Assembly (NCBI GenBank): GCA_049598575.1
Contig: JBMYNT010000002.1
Location: 699 to 64,698, forward strand
From: Candidatus Poseidoniaceae archaeon
Lineage (GTDB): Archaea > Thermoplasmatota > Poseidoniia > Poseidoniales > Poseidoniaceae
Direction: 5' to 3'
DNA length: 64,000 nucleotides
Below are positions 33,480 through 43,839 of this stretch, piece after piece. The notes under the pieces were generated by a model, which saw only the letters and a list, made by a program, of their open reading frames with translations, did not search any database and was not told the DNA's origin. The position numbers and the translations under genes were made by a program. How positions within the stretch are numbered: position 1 is the first letter of the stretch; the number at the start of each line of letters is the position of its first letter.

Positions 33480-36042
33480 CATTGGTCACGTGTTCCACCG
33501 AAGGAATGGTGTGGTTTTCCAATGGAGGGGAGAACGGTACTGGTGTGTCGATGGCTCCGATGACGACTGGTTGTGTTTCAAGTTGATAGAACGTAGACTC
33601 GAGGATTCGAGATTGAATTGTGTGACCAAGACCGCCATGCCACTGGCCTTCTTGCAGGACGACCAGACGTCCTGTCTTTTGGACGGATGCGATACACGAT
33701 TCAGCATCGAACGGAAGCAATGTTCGCAAATCAACGATTTCAACATCAATTCCGTTTTCAGAGAGCTTCGATGCAGCCTCGGCTGCGATGTGAACCATGG
33801 CACCCCAAGTCACAATCGTAAGGTCTTCACCTTCACGGACAATGGATGCTTTTCCAATTGAATGGCGTTTTCCTTGTTCGATGGATGTATGTACAGATGA
33901 TGTGTCAACTTTCTGATTGATGTTTTGACCCCATCCGGTTTTTCCTCCACGAAGCCCATACAGTCCAATGTGTTCAAGGAACAAGACTGGGTCGTCAAGA
34001 TGGGCTGCTTCGACCAAAAGATCGTAGGCATCTTGTGGCGTTCCTGGGGCAAGGACGACCAGCCCGGGGTCGTTGGCAAACCACGATTCAATCATGTTCG
34101 CATGGAACGGACCGGAGCGAGTGCGTGCACCGAGGGGGACACGGATGGTCATCGGACAATCAGCACCCCAGCGCCAGCGCAACATTGCTGCATTGTTGAT
34201 GAGGGCATTGAAACCGAGAGCAGCAAATCCTCCAAATTGTATCTCAACCATTGGACGCATACCAGACAGAGCGGCTCCCACGCCAGTGTGAACGATGATG
34301 GCTTCACAAAGAGGCATATCGACCAACTTCTCTTGATGTCCTGCATTCTTCAGAGCCATGTTCATTCCAAATGCTCCTGCGACCTCCATATCTTCTCCAA
34401 TGAAGACACAATCCTCTCCATGCATGTTCGCAATGTCGACCATGGCTTGTTGAATGGCTCGAGCATACGTCCATCCACCGGATTCGACGTACTCCAGTGG
34501 TTGATGGGATGCTGTAGATTGCGTACTTGGGGCGGCTCCAATCGAGGCAAGGTGGTCATCATGCGTTCTCGCATCGTGGAGTGTTGTAACGCCCTTCGTC
34601 ACAGTTTCTGGCTCAGGCCATGCCATCGCTTCGACTGCTTGGCGAGCCTCATCAACATGCTGTTGTTCTTCAGATTCCATTGCAACGAGTTGGTCTTCGC
34701 TTGCACCAAGTGTTAGCAACAACTCACGGTGTGAGGGGATAGGGTCTTTGTTCGCCCAATATTCGAGGAGATCACGATCGACGTAACCTGGTGGCGTTCC
34801 AGTTTCAGAACCGAGATAGAGGTCATCGTGATGGTGTGCGTGACCGCAACCACGCATGGTTTCAACATGAATCATGGTCGGACCACCACCTTCGAGTCCA
34901 AATTCTCGTGCTGTTGCGACACTTGCATGCCACGCTGCAGGGTCAGAACCATCGATGGTCCATGCAGGGAATCCCATTGCTACGGCCTTATCTGCCCACA
35001 ATTCAACACCTGATTGGTGCGCAGGTGGTGTATCAAGTGCAATCTGATTGTTCTGAAGAATGTAGCAAATCGGCAGCCCTCGTGCACCTGCTAAGTTGAT
35101 GGCTTCCCAGTACTCTCCAGAGGACGAGGCTCCTTCTCCGATGCATGCAACGTGGAAACGATCGAGCGATTGTTTCCATCCTGCGAAAGCAAGACCCGTC
35201 ATGGTTGCACTGGCAATTGGAAGTGGAGCTGTAGGTGGAAGTACACCGACGTGCCAAGCACCGATGTGTAGATCTCGTCCTCCAGCACCATCGTGGCCAC
35301 CGTTTTGGTTTGAACCTGCCTTGCCCATTTGTGCGGCCATGACATCAACAACAGTGTCACCCATGGCGAGTGCAAGGCCAACGTCACGAATCATCGGTGC
35401 AACGAGGTCACCGTCGTAACCGTTTCCTGGCGTTTGTGATTTGTCTGGCTCATCGGTACGCTTCAACGCTGTAGCAACAGCAACAACACCTTCTTGCCAA
35501 GTTGAGCGGAATCCCTTCCCTCCAAACCGAGAGCCATCAGGCGTTTCCATACCAGAAAAGAACACTTCTTTGAGGTGCGCATCCATGGCGCGGGTACGCG
35601 TCATCATACGCTGCCATTCCATTCGCAGCTCCATCGTTGTCGACATGTAATGAGCCAAACGCCTGAGGCACAAACGAAGATCAACGATAAGATGCTTGAT
35701 TCGACGTTCAAGGTGCTCTACGATGGTTCTTCGTGGCATCACCTCTTCCTCGAGAATGGTCGAAATCTTGTGTGTGTTTTGCGCTTCAAACCCTCGCTTG
35801 AATGCATCAACAAAACGCTCACTGAACGTATGCCAAGATGCACCATCAAAGGAATGTTGACCGTCGACATGGAGATGATCCCAAATGTTGGCTGCCAAGA
35901 AAACGTGTCCTTCATGGCGTTCGGAAAAGAATCGCATCACTTCCGCACGAGCGGCATCCATGAGCAGCGGTTGTGTGAAGGTTAGCGCTTCACTTGGCGT
36001 CCATTCAGCACCGTGAATGACTGGTTGTGCACCTTGTGTCAT
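33457..36042 (-). CDS. Thiamine-diphosphate-dependent 2-oxoacid dehydrogenase E1 component, fused alpha+beta subunits, with an extra ~170-aa N-terminal domain of unknown function
   Basis: TPP motif GEGASSSGEYWEAINLAGARGLPICYILQNN in the alpha part. The beta/transketolase-like C-terminal part has …VFIGEDMEVAGAFG…. Start at internal ATG M32. No E2 or E3 genes are nearby. Confidence 0.85.
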   Translation of the reverse strand: MTQGAQPVIHGAEWTPSEALTFTQPLLMDAARAEVMRFFSERHEGHVFLAANIWDHLHVDGQHSFDGASWHTFSERFVDAFKRGFEAQNTHKISTILEEEVMPRRTIVEHLERRIKHLIVDLRLCLRRLAHYMSTTMELRMEWQRMMTRTRAMDAHLKEVFFSGMETPDGSRFGGKGFRSTWQEGVVAVATALKRTDEPDKSQTPGNGYDGDLVAPMIRDVGLALAMGDTVVDVMAAQMGKAGSNQNGGHDGAGGRDLHIGAWHVGVLPPTAPLPIASATMTGLAFAGWKQSLDRFHVACIGEGASSSGEYWEAINLAGARGLPICYILQNNQIALDTPPAHQSGVELWADKAVAMGFPAWTIDGSDPAAWHASVATAREFGLEGGGPTMIHVETMRGCGHAHHHDDLYLGSETGTPPGYVDRDLLEYWANKDPIPSHRELLLTLGASEDQLVAMESEEQQHVDEARQAVEAMAWPEPETVTKGVTTLHDARTHDDHLASIGAAPSTQSTASHQPLEYVESGGWTYARAIQQAMVDIANMHGEDCVFIGEDMEVAGAFGMNMALKNAGHQEKLVDMPLCEAIIVHTGVGAALSGMRPMVEIQFGGFAALGFNALINNAAMLRWRWGADCPMTIRVPLGARTRSGPFHANMIESWFANDPGLVVLAPGTPQDAYDLLVEAAHLDDPVLFLEHIGLYGLRGGKTGWGQNINQKVDTSSVHTSIEQGKRHSIGKASIVREGEDLTIVTWGAMVHIAAEAASKLSENGIDVEIVDLRTLLPFDAESCIASVQKTGRLVVLQEGQWHGGLGHTIQSRILESTFYQLETQPVVIGAIDTPVPFSPPLENHTIPSVEHVTNVIQKLMQ

Positions 36043-36112
36043 GACCCCGCCCCGTGTTGGCCAAGAGGCACCTTGTATCAAGGCTATGGATTCATGGATT
36101 TGGCAAAATGCC

Positions 36113-36910
36113 TCACTCTTCTTCCCCGATAGCATCCTTGAGCACGCGAATTGAGGTACGCGTTACGAGAACAGTCGCCAAGACAGTTGCAACAATACCG
36201 AGGAGGAGTAAGAAGAGCCCTCCACTCGACTCGGCCAGGCCTGCCATACCTGATCGACTCAGAGCAATCGAGCCAAGAGCATGACCGTAGTACGCGTAAA
36301 TCAGGCAATAAATCAGACTTGAAAGATTCGATAGTAAGAAGACGCGAAGTGTCACTGGAGTAGCCGACATGATGTAGTTGAGCCACTCGTCAGGAAGAAT
36401 CGGTGAAAGACGTACTAAGACCGAGATGCGCATCGCATCTTCGCCCAGTGCAGCTTCGATGTTGAGCATCCTCTGATCGTTTTGGATGGCCTCTTGAATG
36501 GATTCTCGGAACAACCATCTTCCAAGAACGAATGCAATGAAACCTCCAATCATGGAGGCTACAAAGTTCACGGCAACAGCCACCCAGAATGGAAAAATTG
36601 CACCCGCACCGACCTTCACGAATGGTGTTGGTAAAAGAAGAACAATCGCCAACGAAAGTGCAATCGTGAACAATACAGGTGACCAAATTCCGAAACTCTT
36701 GATCCAATCAATGATGTTCGCAGCATCTTGAAACAAAAAGTAGCCTGCAACACCACAGAGAACCAATACTGCAAGACCAAACAATGCTCGCCATTGATAC
36801 AATCGAACCTTTTGTTGCTTCATTTGCTGGAGGTTTTTTCGACCATCGATGAGATGCAGCTCCGAAGGCTTCGGGAGTTGCGAAACCGATGGCCGTGGAA
36901 TCTTCTTCAT
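36113..36910 (-). CDS. DedA/TVP38/SNARE-associated family membrane protein
   Basis: Typical DedA hydrophobic core. Start at internal ATG M22 (MKKIPRP…) avoids overlap with the upstream receiver-protein gene. Confidence 0.75.
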   Translation of the reverse strand: MKKIPRPSVSQLPKPSELHLIDGRKNLQQMKQQKVRLYQWRALFGLAVLVLCGVAGYFLFQDAANIIDWIKSFGIWSPVLFTIALSLAIVLLLPTPFVKVGAGAIFPFWVAVAVNFVASMIGGFIAFVLGRWLFRESIQEAIQNDQRMLNIEAALGEDAMRISVLVRLSPILPDEWLNYIMSATPVTLRVFLLSNLSSLIYCLIYAYYGHALGSIALSRSGMAGLAESSGGLFLLLLGIVATVLATVLVTRTSIRVLKDAIGEEE

Positions 36911-36914
36911 ACCG

Positions 36915-37940
36915 TCATTCCTCTTCCGATTCAGGCAATGATGAGAGGACATCACCGAGCATTTCTGTTGCATCCTCTATTCGTGTCATGAGTGTGATAT
37001 CAGCGACGGCCCCTGGTCGTCCCAAATCCCACATCAATTCATGAACCATTTCTGTGGTCAGTCGTGTCATTCGCAAGACTTGAGGATCGATACGATCCAT
37101 ATCATCCTCAGGAAGGAGCGCAATTTGTTCTGGCACTTCATCGAGGATATCATCCATTTTTGATTCGATTTCATTTGCAATGTTTGCAGCTTGCTGTTCC
37201 AAAATCGATTCCATTCCACCTGCTGAAACGGGTGTTGGTTGCTCGTTCAAACCACCAAGAGATTTCTTTTTCTTCAAATCTTCAAACGATGGCCCCGTTG
37301 CTTCGCCTGCATCTCCACCTTCTTGCACGAGACGATTGAGAGCAACGCGAAGAAGATTGGACAAGTCCGTTGCTTCCAAATCCAAGTCAACATCCATTCC
37401 TTCTTCGCCCATTTGAACAAGAATTTCGTTGATGAAGGACTCGTTGATTCGGTCGGGTCCTACAAGCCCCTTGAGCATGGGTAACGCCCATCCCCCTCCA
37501 CCGGCCATTACCGCGACATCGAACGAACCACCTCCGGTGTCGAGCGTGACGTCTGCTGGAGGTGGAACGAATTGTTTGCGACTATGTTTCCAAAGTTGGT
37601 CGACAAGAACCTTCATGTCGACCGGTTTACCAATTACTTCGTGAATTCCAGCCTTCGCAGCGACCAACATGAAGTCTGGAGTCGTGGACCGAGACAACAA
37701 GACGATACGGCATTTGAACGCAAATTCTGGATCACCCATCAAACGTTGAGCAGCATCAATGGCATCGCCTGCTTTCCACTCACCATCAAGCAGAACCACC
37801 TCGGGCATGACGGCGAGGGCTGTTCCTTCTGCTTGACGCAGTGTTCCAGCCCGGGTAACATCAAATCCTTCACGTTCAAGCGTTGATGCGAGAAGGGTAC
37901 GACGACCCTGATTCTCGTCAGCAACGATGACCTTCCCCAT
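36915..37940 (-). CDS. Response-regulator receiver (CheY-like REC) domain protein with a ~200-aa acidic C-terminal domain of unknown function
   Basis: MGKVIVADENQ…VVLLDGEW…VIGKP receiver hallmarks: acid pocket, phospho-acceptor Asp and conserved Lys. The track start is a TTG; ATG is at M4. Confidence 0.7.
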   Translation of the reverse strand: MGKVIVADENQGRRTLLASTLEREGFDVTRAGTLRQAEGTALAVMPEVVLLDGEWKAGDAIDAAQRLMGDPEFAFKCRIVLLSRSTTPDFMLVAAKAGIHEVIGKPVDMKVLVDQLWKHSRKQFVPPPADVTLDTGGGSFDVAVMAGGGGWALPMLKGLVGPDRINESFINEILVQMGEEGMDVDLDLEATDLSNLLRVALNRLVQEGGDAGEATGPSFEDLKKKKSLGGLNEQPTPVSAGGMESILEQQAANIANEIESKMDDILDEVPEQIALLPEDDMDRIDPQVLRMTRLTTEMVHELMWDLGRPGAVADITLMTRIEDATEMLGDVLSSLPESEEE

Positions 37941-37990
37941 GATGACCAAGAGGAAACGAGACCTCCGGCTCTTTGAACCTCACCCACAAA

Positions 37991-39145
37991 TTAGCCGTGA
38001 ACAATGTCTTCTGGAGCCATTTGACCCCATGCCATGATACCACCTGTAAGGTTGTACAAGCGACTGGAATCAATACCCGATTGGTTGAGCAACATAATGG
38101 CCATTTGAGAGCGCATACCACTTCGACACATGACCACAACATCACGGTCGCTAGGAACATCGTTCGCTACTGTATTCGCAACGTCGTGAATGACATGCAA
38201 ATCGAATGTTGCAAGGCGAACTTGTTGAAGTTCCTCATCACTACGAACGTCGAGAATGAATGGATTCCATCCTGTTTGTTGCTTTGCTTTCAATTCAGGC
38301 ACGGTGATGGATTGCATCATGGATTCTCCTGCAGCCACGTCTTCTTGAACTTGCTGAGGGCGTGGTGTGCAGTAGGTAGGGTCGTCAAACAACGCTTGAG
38401 CATGGGACAAATCTGTGATATCTGGCTTCGAATCAAGAGCACCAAATTGCAACGATTGCATAGTCATTGATTCTGCATCGTACAAGAGGAGGCGCCCTAT
38501 GAGGCTCGATCCCATACCAACGATGTGCTTGATGACCTCCGTCGCTTGAAGACTTCCGACAACCCCAGGAAGAACACCAAACACACCAGCTTCAGCACAG
38601 TTTTGCAGAGCTCCAGCCGGAGGTGCTTCGGGGAACAGATCCCGATAACGGCGGTCTTTTTCGGAGGAAAAGAACGAGACTTGACCCTCAAATCGGTGGA
38701 TCGAACCGTAGACCCAAGGAATCGAGAGAAGGTGACATGCATCATCGATCAAGTATCGTGTAGGAATGTTGTCCGTTCCATCAACAACGACGTCCCAGCC
38801 CTTGAACACTTCAAGTGCGTTTTCAGGACTAAGCCTCTCATTGTGCTCCATAATGTTCAGGTTTGGATCAAGTGCGAGAAGTTGTTCTTTGGCAGAATCA
38901 ACCTTCAACCGACCAACGTCCTCGGTTCGATGAAGGACTTGGCGTTGGAGATTCGAAATGTCGACCAAATCATCATCGATGACACCAATGGTTCCAACAC
39001 CAGCGGCAGCAAGGTAAAGAAGAACAGGACTACCAAGCCCACCTGCGCCAACAACGAACACTTTGGCCTTGGCCAACTTTTCCTGTCCCTCAATTCCAAC
39101 TTGTGGAAGGACAAGATGACGGGCGTGCCGTTGCAAATCGACCAT
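37991..39145 (-). CDS. MoeB/ThiF-type E1 adenylyltransferase (UbaA/MoeZ-like) with C-terminal rhodanese domain
   Basis: Nucleotide-binding VVGAGGLGSPVLLYLAAAGVG, a CxxC zinc site, and C-terminal rhodanese with active-site Cys (VVMCRSGMRS). Confidence 0.85.
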   Translation of the reverse strand: MVDLQRHARHLVLPQVGIEGQEKLAKAKVFVVGAGGLGSPVLLYLAAAGVGTIGVIDDDLVDISNLQRQVLHRTEDVGRLKVDSAKEQLLALDPNLNIMEHNERLSPENALEVFKGWDVVVDGTDNIPTRYLIDDACHLLSIPWVYGSIHRFEGQVSFFSSEKDRRYRDLFPEAPPAGALQNCAEAGVFGVLPGVVGSLQATEVIKHIVGMGSSLIGRLLLYDAESMTMQSLQFGALDSKPDITDLSHAQALFDDPTYCTPRPQQVQEDVAAGESMMQSITVPELKAKQQTGWNPFILDVRSDEELQQVRLATFDLHVIHDVANTVANDVPSDRDVVVMCRSGMRSQMAIMLLNQSGIDSSRLYNLTGGIMAWGQMAPEDIVHG

Positions 39146-39185
39146 GTTGATGCGTATTGATGCTCAATCAAATAGACATCGTTGC

Positions 39186-40115
39186 TCAATGAACGTTTTC
39201 TTCAAGCCACTTTTCTGCATCGATAGCGGCTTGGCAACCCATTCCCGCTGCGGTGATGGCCTGCTTGTAACGTGTGTCGACAACGTCCCCTGCTGCAAAG
39301 ACTCCATCTACCGAAGTCATGGTGTGAGTCTTGTGAATGATGTACCCATTTTCATCCGTTTCAACTTGTCCACCAAGGAAGTTTGTAATCGGTTTGTGAC
39401 CAATGGCAATGAACGCCCCGGTTGCAGCAATCTCTTCGGTCGACCCGTCTCTTGGATCCTCGAGGACGGCTCCAGTCAGCCCCTTCTCATCACTGAGCCA
39501 TTCCTTGACTTGACGGAAGGTTTTGATCTCAATCTTTGGATGGTTTGCAGCACGTTCGTACATGATGGTCGATGCTCGGAAGACATCTCGGCGATGAACC
39601 AACGTAACTTTTGAAGCAAATCGTGTGAGGAAGGTTGCTTCTTCACAGGCAGAATCTCCACCACCAATCACGAGAACTTCCTCTTCTCGGAAAAAGGCTC
39701 CATCGCACGTTGCACATGTGGAAATGCCTCGTCCTTTTTGCTGCGCTTCACCAGGAGCATCAAGCCAAATGGATTCTGCTCCAGTACAAACGATCAGCGA
39801 ATGTGCAAAGAAATCCTCGCCTTCAACGATGACCTTGAAAGGTCGAGAGGACGTGTCAACGGATTCGACGTTCTTGTCGTGAACGTTCAAGCCAAATCGC
39901 TCTGCTTGCTCACGAAGTTGCATCATCATTTCAGGACCACCGATACCTTCCGGATAGCCGGGGAAATTCTCGATATCGCTTGTGAGCATCAACTGGCCGC
40001 CAGACATGTATCCAGCGAACATGAGCGGCTCGAGCATAGCTCGAGCTGCGTACAAACCAGCAGTATATCCAGCAGGTCCAGAACCGATAATGATGACATT
40101 GTGAACATCCGACAT
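39186..40115 (-). CDS. trxB: Thioredoxin-disulfide reductase
   Basis: Two Rossmann GxGxxG/A motifs (IIIGSGPAGYTAG, VLVIGGGDSACEEA) and redox CATC. Start at internal ATG M4. Confidence 0.9.
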   Translation of the reverse strand: MSDVHNVIIIGSGPAGYTAGLYAARAMLEPLMFAGYMSGGQLMLTSDIENFPGYPEGIGGPEMMMQLREQAERFGLNVHDKNVESVDTSSRPFKVIVEGEDFFAHSLIVCTGAESIWLDAPGEAQQKGRGISTCATCDGAFFREEEVLVIGGGDSACEEATFLTRFASKVTLVHRRDVFRASTIMYERAANHPKIEIKTFRQVKEWLSDEKGLTGAVLEDPRDGSTEEIAATGAFIAIGHKPITNFLGGQVETDENGYIIHKTHTMTSVDGVFAAGDVVDTRYKQAITAAGMGCQAAIDAEKWLEENVH

Positions 40116-40197
40116 TTGACTCACTCTTTGACCAACACCCCGATGGACTTGAACGTTATCCCTGTGTTTTCTCGAGCGAACTGTCGGCTAAACACCT

Positions 40198-43100
40198 ATG
40201 TATCACGTTGAAGGTATGTACTTCATGAGCAGGCGGTTGGTATTCTTCTCTTGCCTAATTTCTTTCCTGTTCGTATTCGGCGCATCTCATTCTTTGTGGC
40301 ATTTTGAAACTCTCGAGCAGCCTGACCTCATCATGCCAACCGATTCGCGAAATGCAGTTCACGAAGGTGAATGGGCAGCATACAAGCAAACACCTGTACG
40401 GACTTATTGCGAAGACGGCTTTGCCTACGATAACCAAAATGATTTGATTGCTATACCCGAATGCTCAGGATATTACTCAGATACAATTGACATAACGATT
40501 CGACATAATTCTGACTGGAGTACAGTTATTCATACAATTGAAACGAATTTCGACCAACTCATCTTCTTCGAATTTTCACCAAACGGCAAGTATTTTTTAG
40601 CTCTTGAAGCCGAAATAGCGATCTTCAGAACATCGGACTGGACACAAGTCTTTGCCGGGGATATGTACGAAACCGATGGGAGTTATTATCCAGCATACGA
40701 TGTTTCATGGTCAGGCGACGGTGAACGGTTGGTCATTTCAAATGGCAACAATGGTGGGAAAATGTATGAAGGACCAGATTGGACCGAGGTCACTGGTACC
40801 ACTTCAAACGGTTACTATGTCGCCCACCATCCTACAGAGGACACACTGTGGTACATGACTCGAGAAGGCGCTATCAGTGAGTATGAACTGCAAGATGTTC
40901 CCCTTGTTGGGAAGAGTTGGGTTCAAGTTCAAAATTACAACGCTCAGTACAATCAAATTGGACCAATGACAATCAGCCCCGATGGAGATTGGATTGCGGT
41001 TCACTCAAGTTATGATTCAATTGTCGTTTTCACGACTTCATCATTCGATGTTGAACTCACTACTGATGGGCTTTTCCCTGTTTTTTCTTCCTCGAATACA
41101 CACCTTTTGTTTCAAACATATTCAGGTTATGAAATCTATTCTTCACAATGGTGGTCAAAAACAAGTGGAATAGATGAAAGCCCGGGGAGCCGGTATTACC
41201 CATCCCATGCGTTTTCTTCGAACGATGATGAAATCATCACGTTTACTGATGGCCGATATTACGGAGATTTTTCGCTCACTGGCATCAAACCGGATTCTGA
41301 TGAAGATGGTGTCGTTGACGATGCAGATGCATGCAGTGACACGCCAGAAGAAGAAAATTCCGACACCAATGGTTGTGCTCCAAGTCAAAAAGATACGGAT
41401 GAAGATGGTGTAAACGATCGAGATGATGTTTGTCCCAAAACACCGCTCTCTTCTTCTGTTGACACGACTGGATGTTCAGAGGCTCAACTGTTGGATTCAG
41501 ATGAGGATGGCGTGTCGGATTCTGACGACCAATGCCCAAACACACCAGTTGACGAATACGGTAATATCCATGGTTGCAGTTCGAGCCAAAGGGACGTAGA
41601 TGGCGATGGTTTCTCAGATTTGATCGATACGTGCCCGCTTCACGATGTCGAAGAATGTCCCAACGTCATTGCATGGGAACCTGATATTGAACCTGTAGAG
41701 AATACAGACGACTATCGTACGCCAGTCTGGTCCTCAAACAGTGACTACTTCGCAGCGATTGAAGACGCAGACACGGTTCATATCCTTGACACTGATTTTA
41801 CGCTGAAATACGAAATCATCAATCAACTGATGGACACGTATTACTCAGATGTTTTGTGGCTTCCGGACGGAAATTCGATTCTTCTCTTGTGGTCGAATTC
41901 CACCTATCTTGACTCCAGTTGTGGATACTCCATGTACCTTCTCTCAGACATAGAAAATCCGACTCACAACACAATAAGCACAAACTGTGATTATCTTCGA
42001 TCATATGCAATCAACCCTTCTGGTGACGAACTTTCCGTGTCCATTTTTTCGTATTATGACTACTCTGGTAAATTGATTACCGTAGATCTCAGCACTGGAG
42101 CCCAGGTGTTTGAGAATGAGGATTATTTTCCCCAACAGATGGAGTATTCCCATGATGGTACTACACTCATCGGATCTTCGTCTGGCTCGATTCTTATGTG
42201 GGATACCACCGATGGCTATCTATTGAGAAGTAAAAATCTCGATTCAATATCGACGTTTCACCAATCACCAGATGGGGATTGGCTCATCGTATCGACCGAT
42301 GACGAAATCAAGCTTTACTCGTTCAACACGCTCATTTTCAAAGACGCTCTTCCGGTGGAGAGAACGACCGCTGAAGACTCTTACACATCGCTGGACGGCT
42401 TGTCTCTTTCTCGGAATGGAAATCTCATCTATGCCTCAGTTTACGAATCACACTATACTTCAGAAGGGACGTTCAGAAATGTTTCATTGCAGACCTACAT
42501 GATTACAGACTCGAATGAACTTGAATTCCTTAAGGAATCAACTCCTGTAAATGAATCGAGATGGATGGTTGCATCGATTTCACCAGATGAATCAATGGCA
42601 ATTGTACGCATCAACTCGGTCGATGGATATACGCTTTGGAATAGAGATTCGGATGGAGATGGGTTGATTGATTCAATCGACGAGTGTCCCGGAACCAACT
42701 TCAACATTGAAGTCAATGAACGTGGATGTGGCGGAGATCAACTCGATGATGATGGCGATGGCTTGGCCAACTTCGAAGATTTGTGCCCTGATTCCCCTGA
42801 TGGGATTGCCACTGATGAGAACGGTTGTACGGATCAACAGGTAGACGAGGATTTCGACGGCGTCTGCAATCAAGACGCTCCGAGCAAAGGCCCGTCAAAT
42901 TGTTCAGGTAGAGACCAATGTCCTGGCAGTTTATCTGGAATTGTTATCGATTCCAACGGTTGCGGTTGGGCTCAACAAGACAGTGATGGCGATGGCATTG
43001 TGAATATAGATGACCAGTGCGAAGACACGGAAATTGCCGGCGATGCGGATGAAAATGGCTGCGACCGAAAACAGCGTGATTCCGATTCAGACTCAGTGAA

Positions 43101-43776
43101 CGACTACTGGGATGATTGCGAGGCTACGCCGGGTGGAGAGCTTGTCGATGAGGCCGGTTGTTCTGATTCTCAAGTAGATTCGGATGCAGATTCGATATGC
43201 AATCTCGATGCTGCTGGCACAGGGCCTTCAAACTGTACCTCAATTGACCGATGTCCGAACACTGGTGTGAACGAATCTGTTGATGAAAATGGATGTTCAT
43301 GGAATCAGAGAGACGATGATGGGGATGGAATTATGAACAAATTTGATCAATGCCCAGGAACGTTAACAGAAGCGGTCTCTCCGAATGGATGCTCAACATG
43401 GCAAATGGATTCAGATGGTGATGGCGTGTATGACGCCAACGATGAGTGTGCAAATACAGGTGCCAATCAAATTGCCAATGCAAAAGGCTGTTCTGATGAA
43501 CAAAACGAATTGAAAGGAGCAGGTTCCGTTGAGAATTTGCTCACATCAAACATGCTTGTCTGGGTTGCAGGTCTGGTCGTTGTCGTATTGATTGGATTGA
43601 TTATGATGCGACGAAAGGAGAGTGATGGCTTTGAAGAGGATCCATCGATTGAATATCCACAATATGCGACACGTGGCGCAATGCGTGATGGCATGGAATG
43701 GATTGAACATCCTTCAGGTAGCCAACAATGGTTCTATCGAGATCCATCAACCCAGCAATGGGTTCATCGAAAATAA
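40198..43776 (+). CDS. Large secreted/cell-surface protein: signal peptide, two TolB/PD40-like beta-propeller regions, two blocks of thrombospondin-type-3 Ca-binding repeats, C-terminal TM and short cytoplasmic tail
   Basis: 1192 aa. Repeated DxDxDGxxDxxDxC(P) units occur at aa ~365-480 and ~815-1100 (for example DSDEDGVSDSDDQCPNTP, DSDGDGVYDANDECANTG). PD40-like repeats include FSPNGKYF and ISPDGDWIAV. C-terminal TM LVWVAGLVVVVLIGLIMM. Confidence 0.75.
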   Translation: MYHVEGMYFMSRRLVFFSCLISFLFVFGASHSLWHFETLEQPDLIMPTDSRNAVHEGEWAAYKQTPVRTYCEDGFAYDNQNDLIAIPECSGYYSDTIDITIRHNSDWSTVIHTIETNFDQLIFFEFSPNGKYFLALEAEIAIFRTSDWTQVFAGDMYETDGSYYPAYDVSWSGDGERLVISNGNNGGKMYEGPDWTEVTGTTSNGYYVAHHPTEDTLWYMTREGAISEYELQDVPLVGKSWVQVQNYNAQYNQIGPMTISPDGDWIAVHSSYDSIVVFTTSSFDVELTTDGLFPVFSSSNTHLLFQTYSGYEIYSSQWWSKTSGIDESPGSRYYPSHAFSSNDDEIITFTDGRYYGDFSLTGIKPDSDEDGVVDDADACSDTPEEENSDTNGCAPSQKDTDEDGVNDRDDVCPKTPLSSSVDTTGCSEAQLLDSDEDGVSDSDDQCPNTPVDEYGNIHGCSSSQRDVDGDGFSDLIDTCPLHDVEECPNVIAWEPDIEPVENTDDYRTPVWSSNSDYFAAIEDADTVHILDTDFTLKYEIINQLMDTYYSDVLWLPDGNSILLLWSNSTYLDSSCGYSMYLLSDIENPTHNTISTNCDYLRSYAINPSGDELSVSIFSYYDYSGKLITVDLSTGAQVFENEDYFPQQMEYSHDGTTLIGSSSGSILMWDTTDGYLLRSKNLDSISTFHQSPDGDWLIVSTDDEIKLYSFNTLIFKDALPVERTTAEDSYTSLDGLSLSRNGNLIYASVYESHYTSEGTFRNVSLQTYMITDSNELEFLKESTPVNESRWMVASISPDESMAIVRINSVDGYTLWNRDSDGDGLIDSIDECPGTNFNIEVNERGCGGDQLDDDGDGLANFEDLCPDSPDGIATDENGCTDQQVDEDFDGVCNQDAPSKGPSNCSGRDQCPGSLSGIVIDSNGCGWAQQDSDGDGIVNIDDQCEDTEIAGDADENGCDRKQRDSDSDSVNDYWDDCEATPGGELVDEAGCSDSQVDSDADSICNLDAAGTGPSNCTSIDRCPNTGVNESVDENGCSWNQRDDDGDGIMNKFDQCPGTLTEAVSPNGCSTWQMDSDGDGVYDANDECANTGANQIANAKGCSDEQNELKGAGSVENLLTSNMLVWVAGLVVVVLIGLIMMRRKESDGFEEDPSIEYPQYATRGAMRDGMEWIEHPSGSQQWFYRDPSTQQWVHRK

Positions 43777-43839
43777 TCCTTCTAGGACTGAATTCGGCCT
43801 TGTGCTAAAATTTAATTCACAATGCGTTGAGGTCGCATT

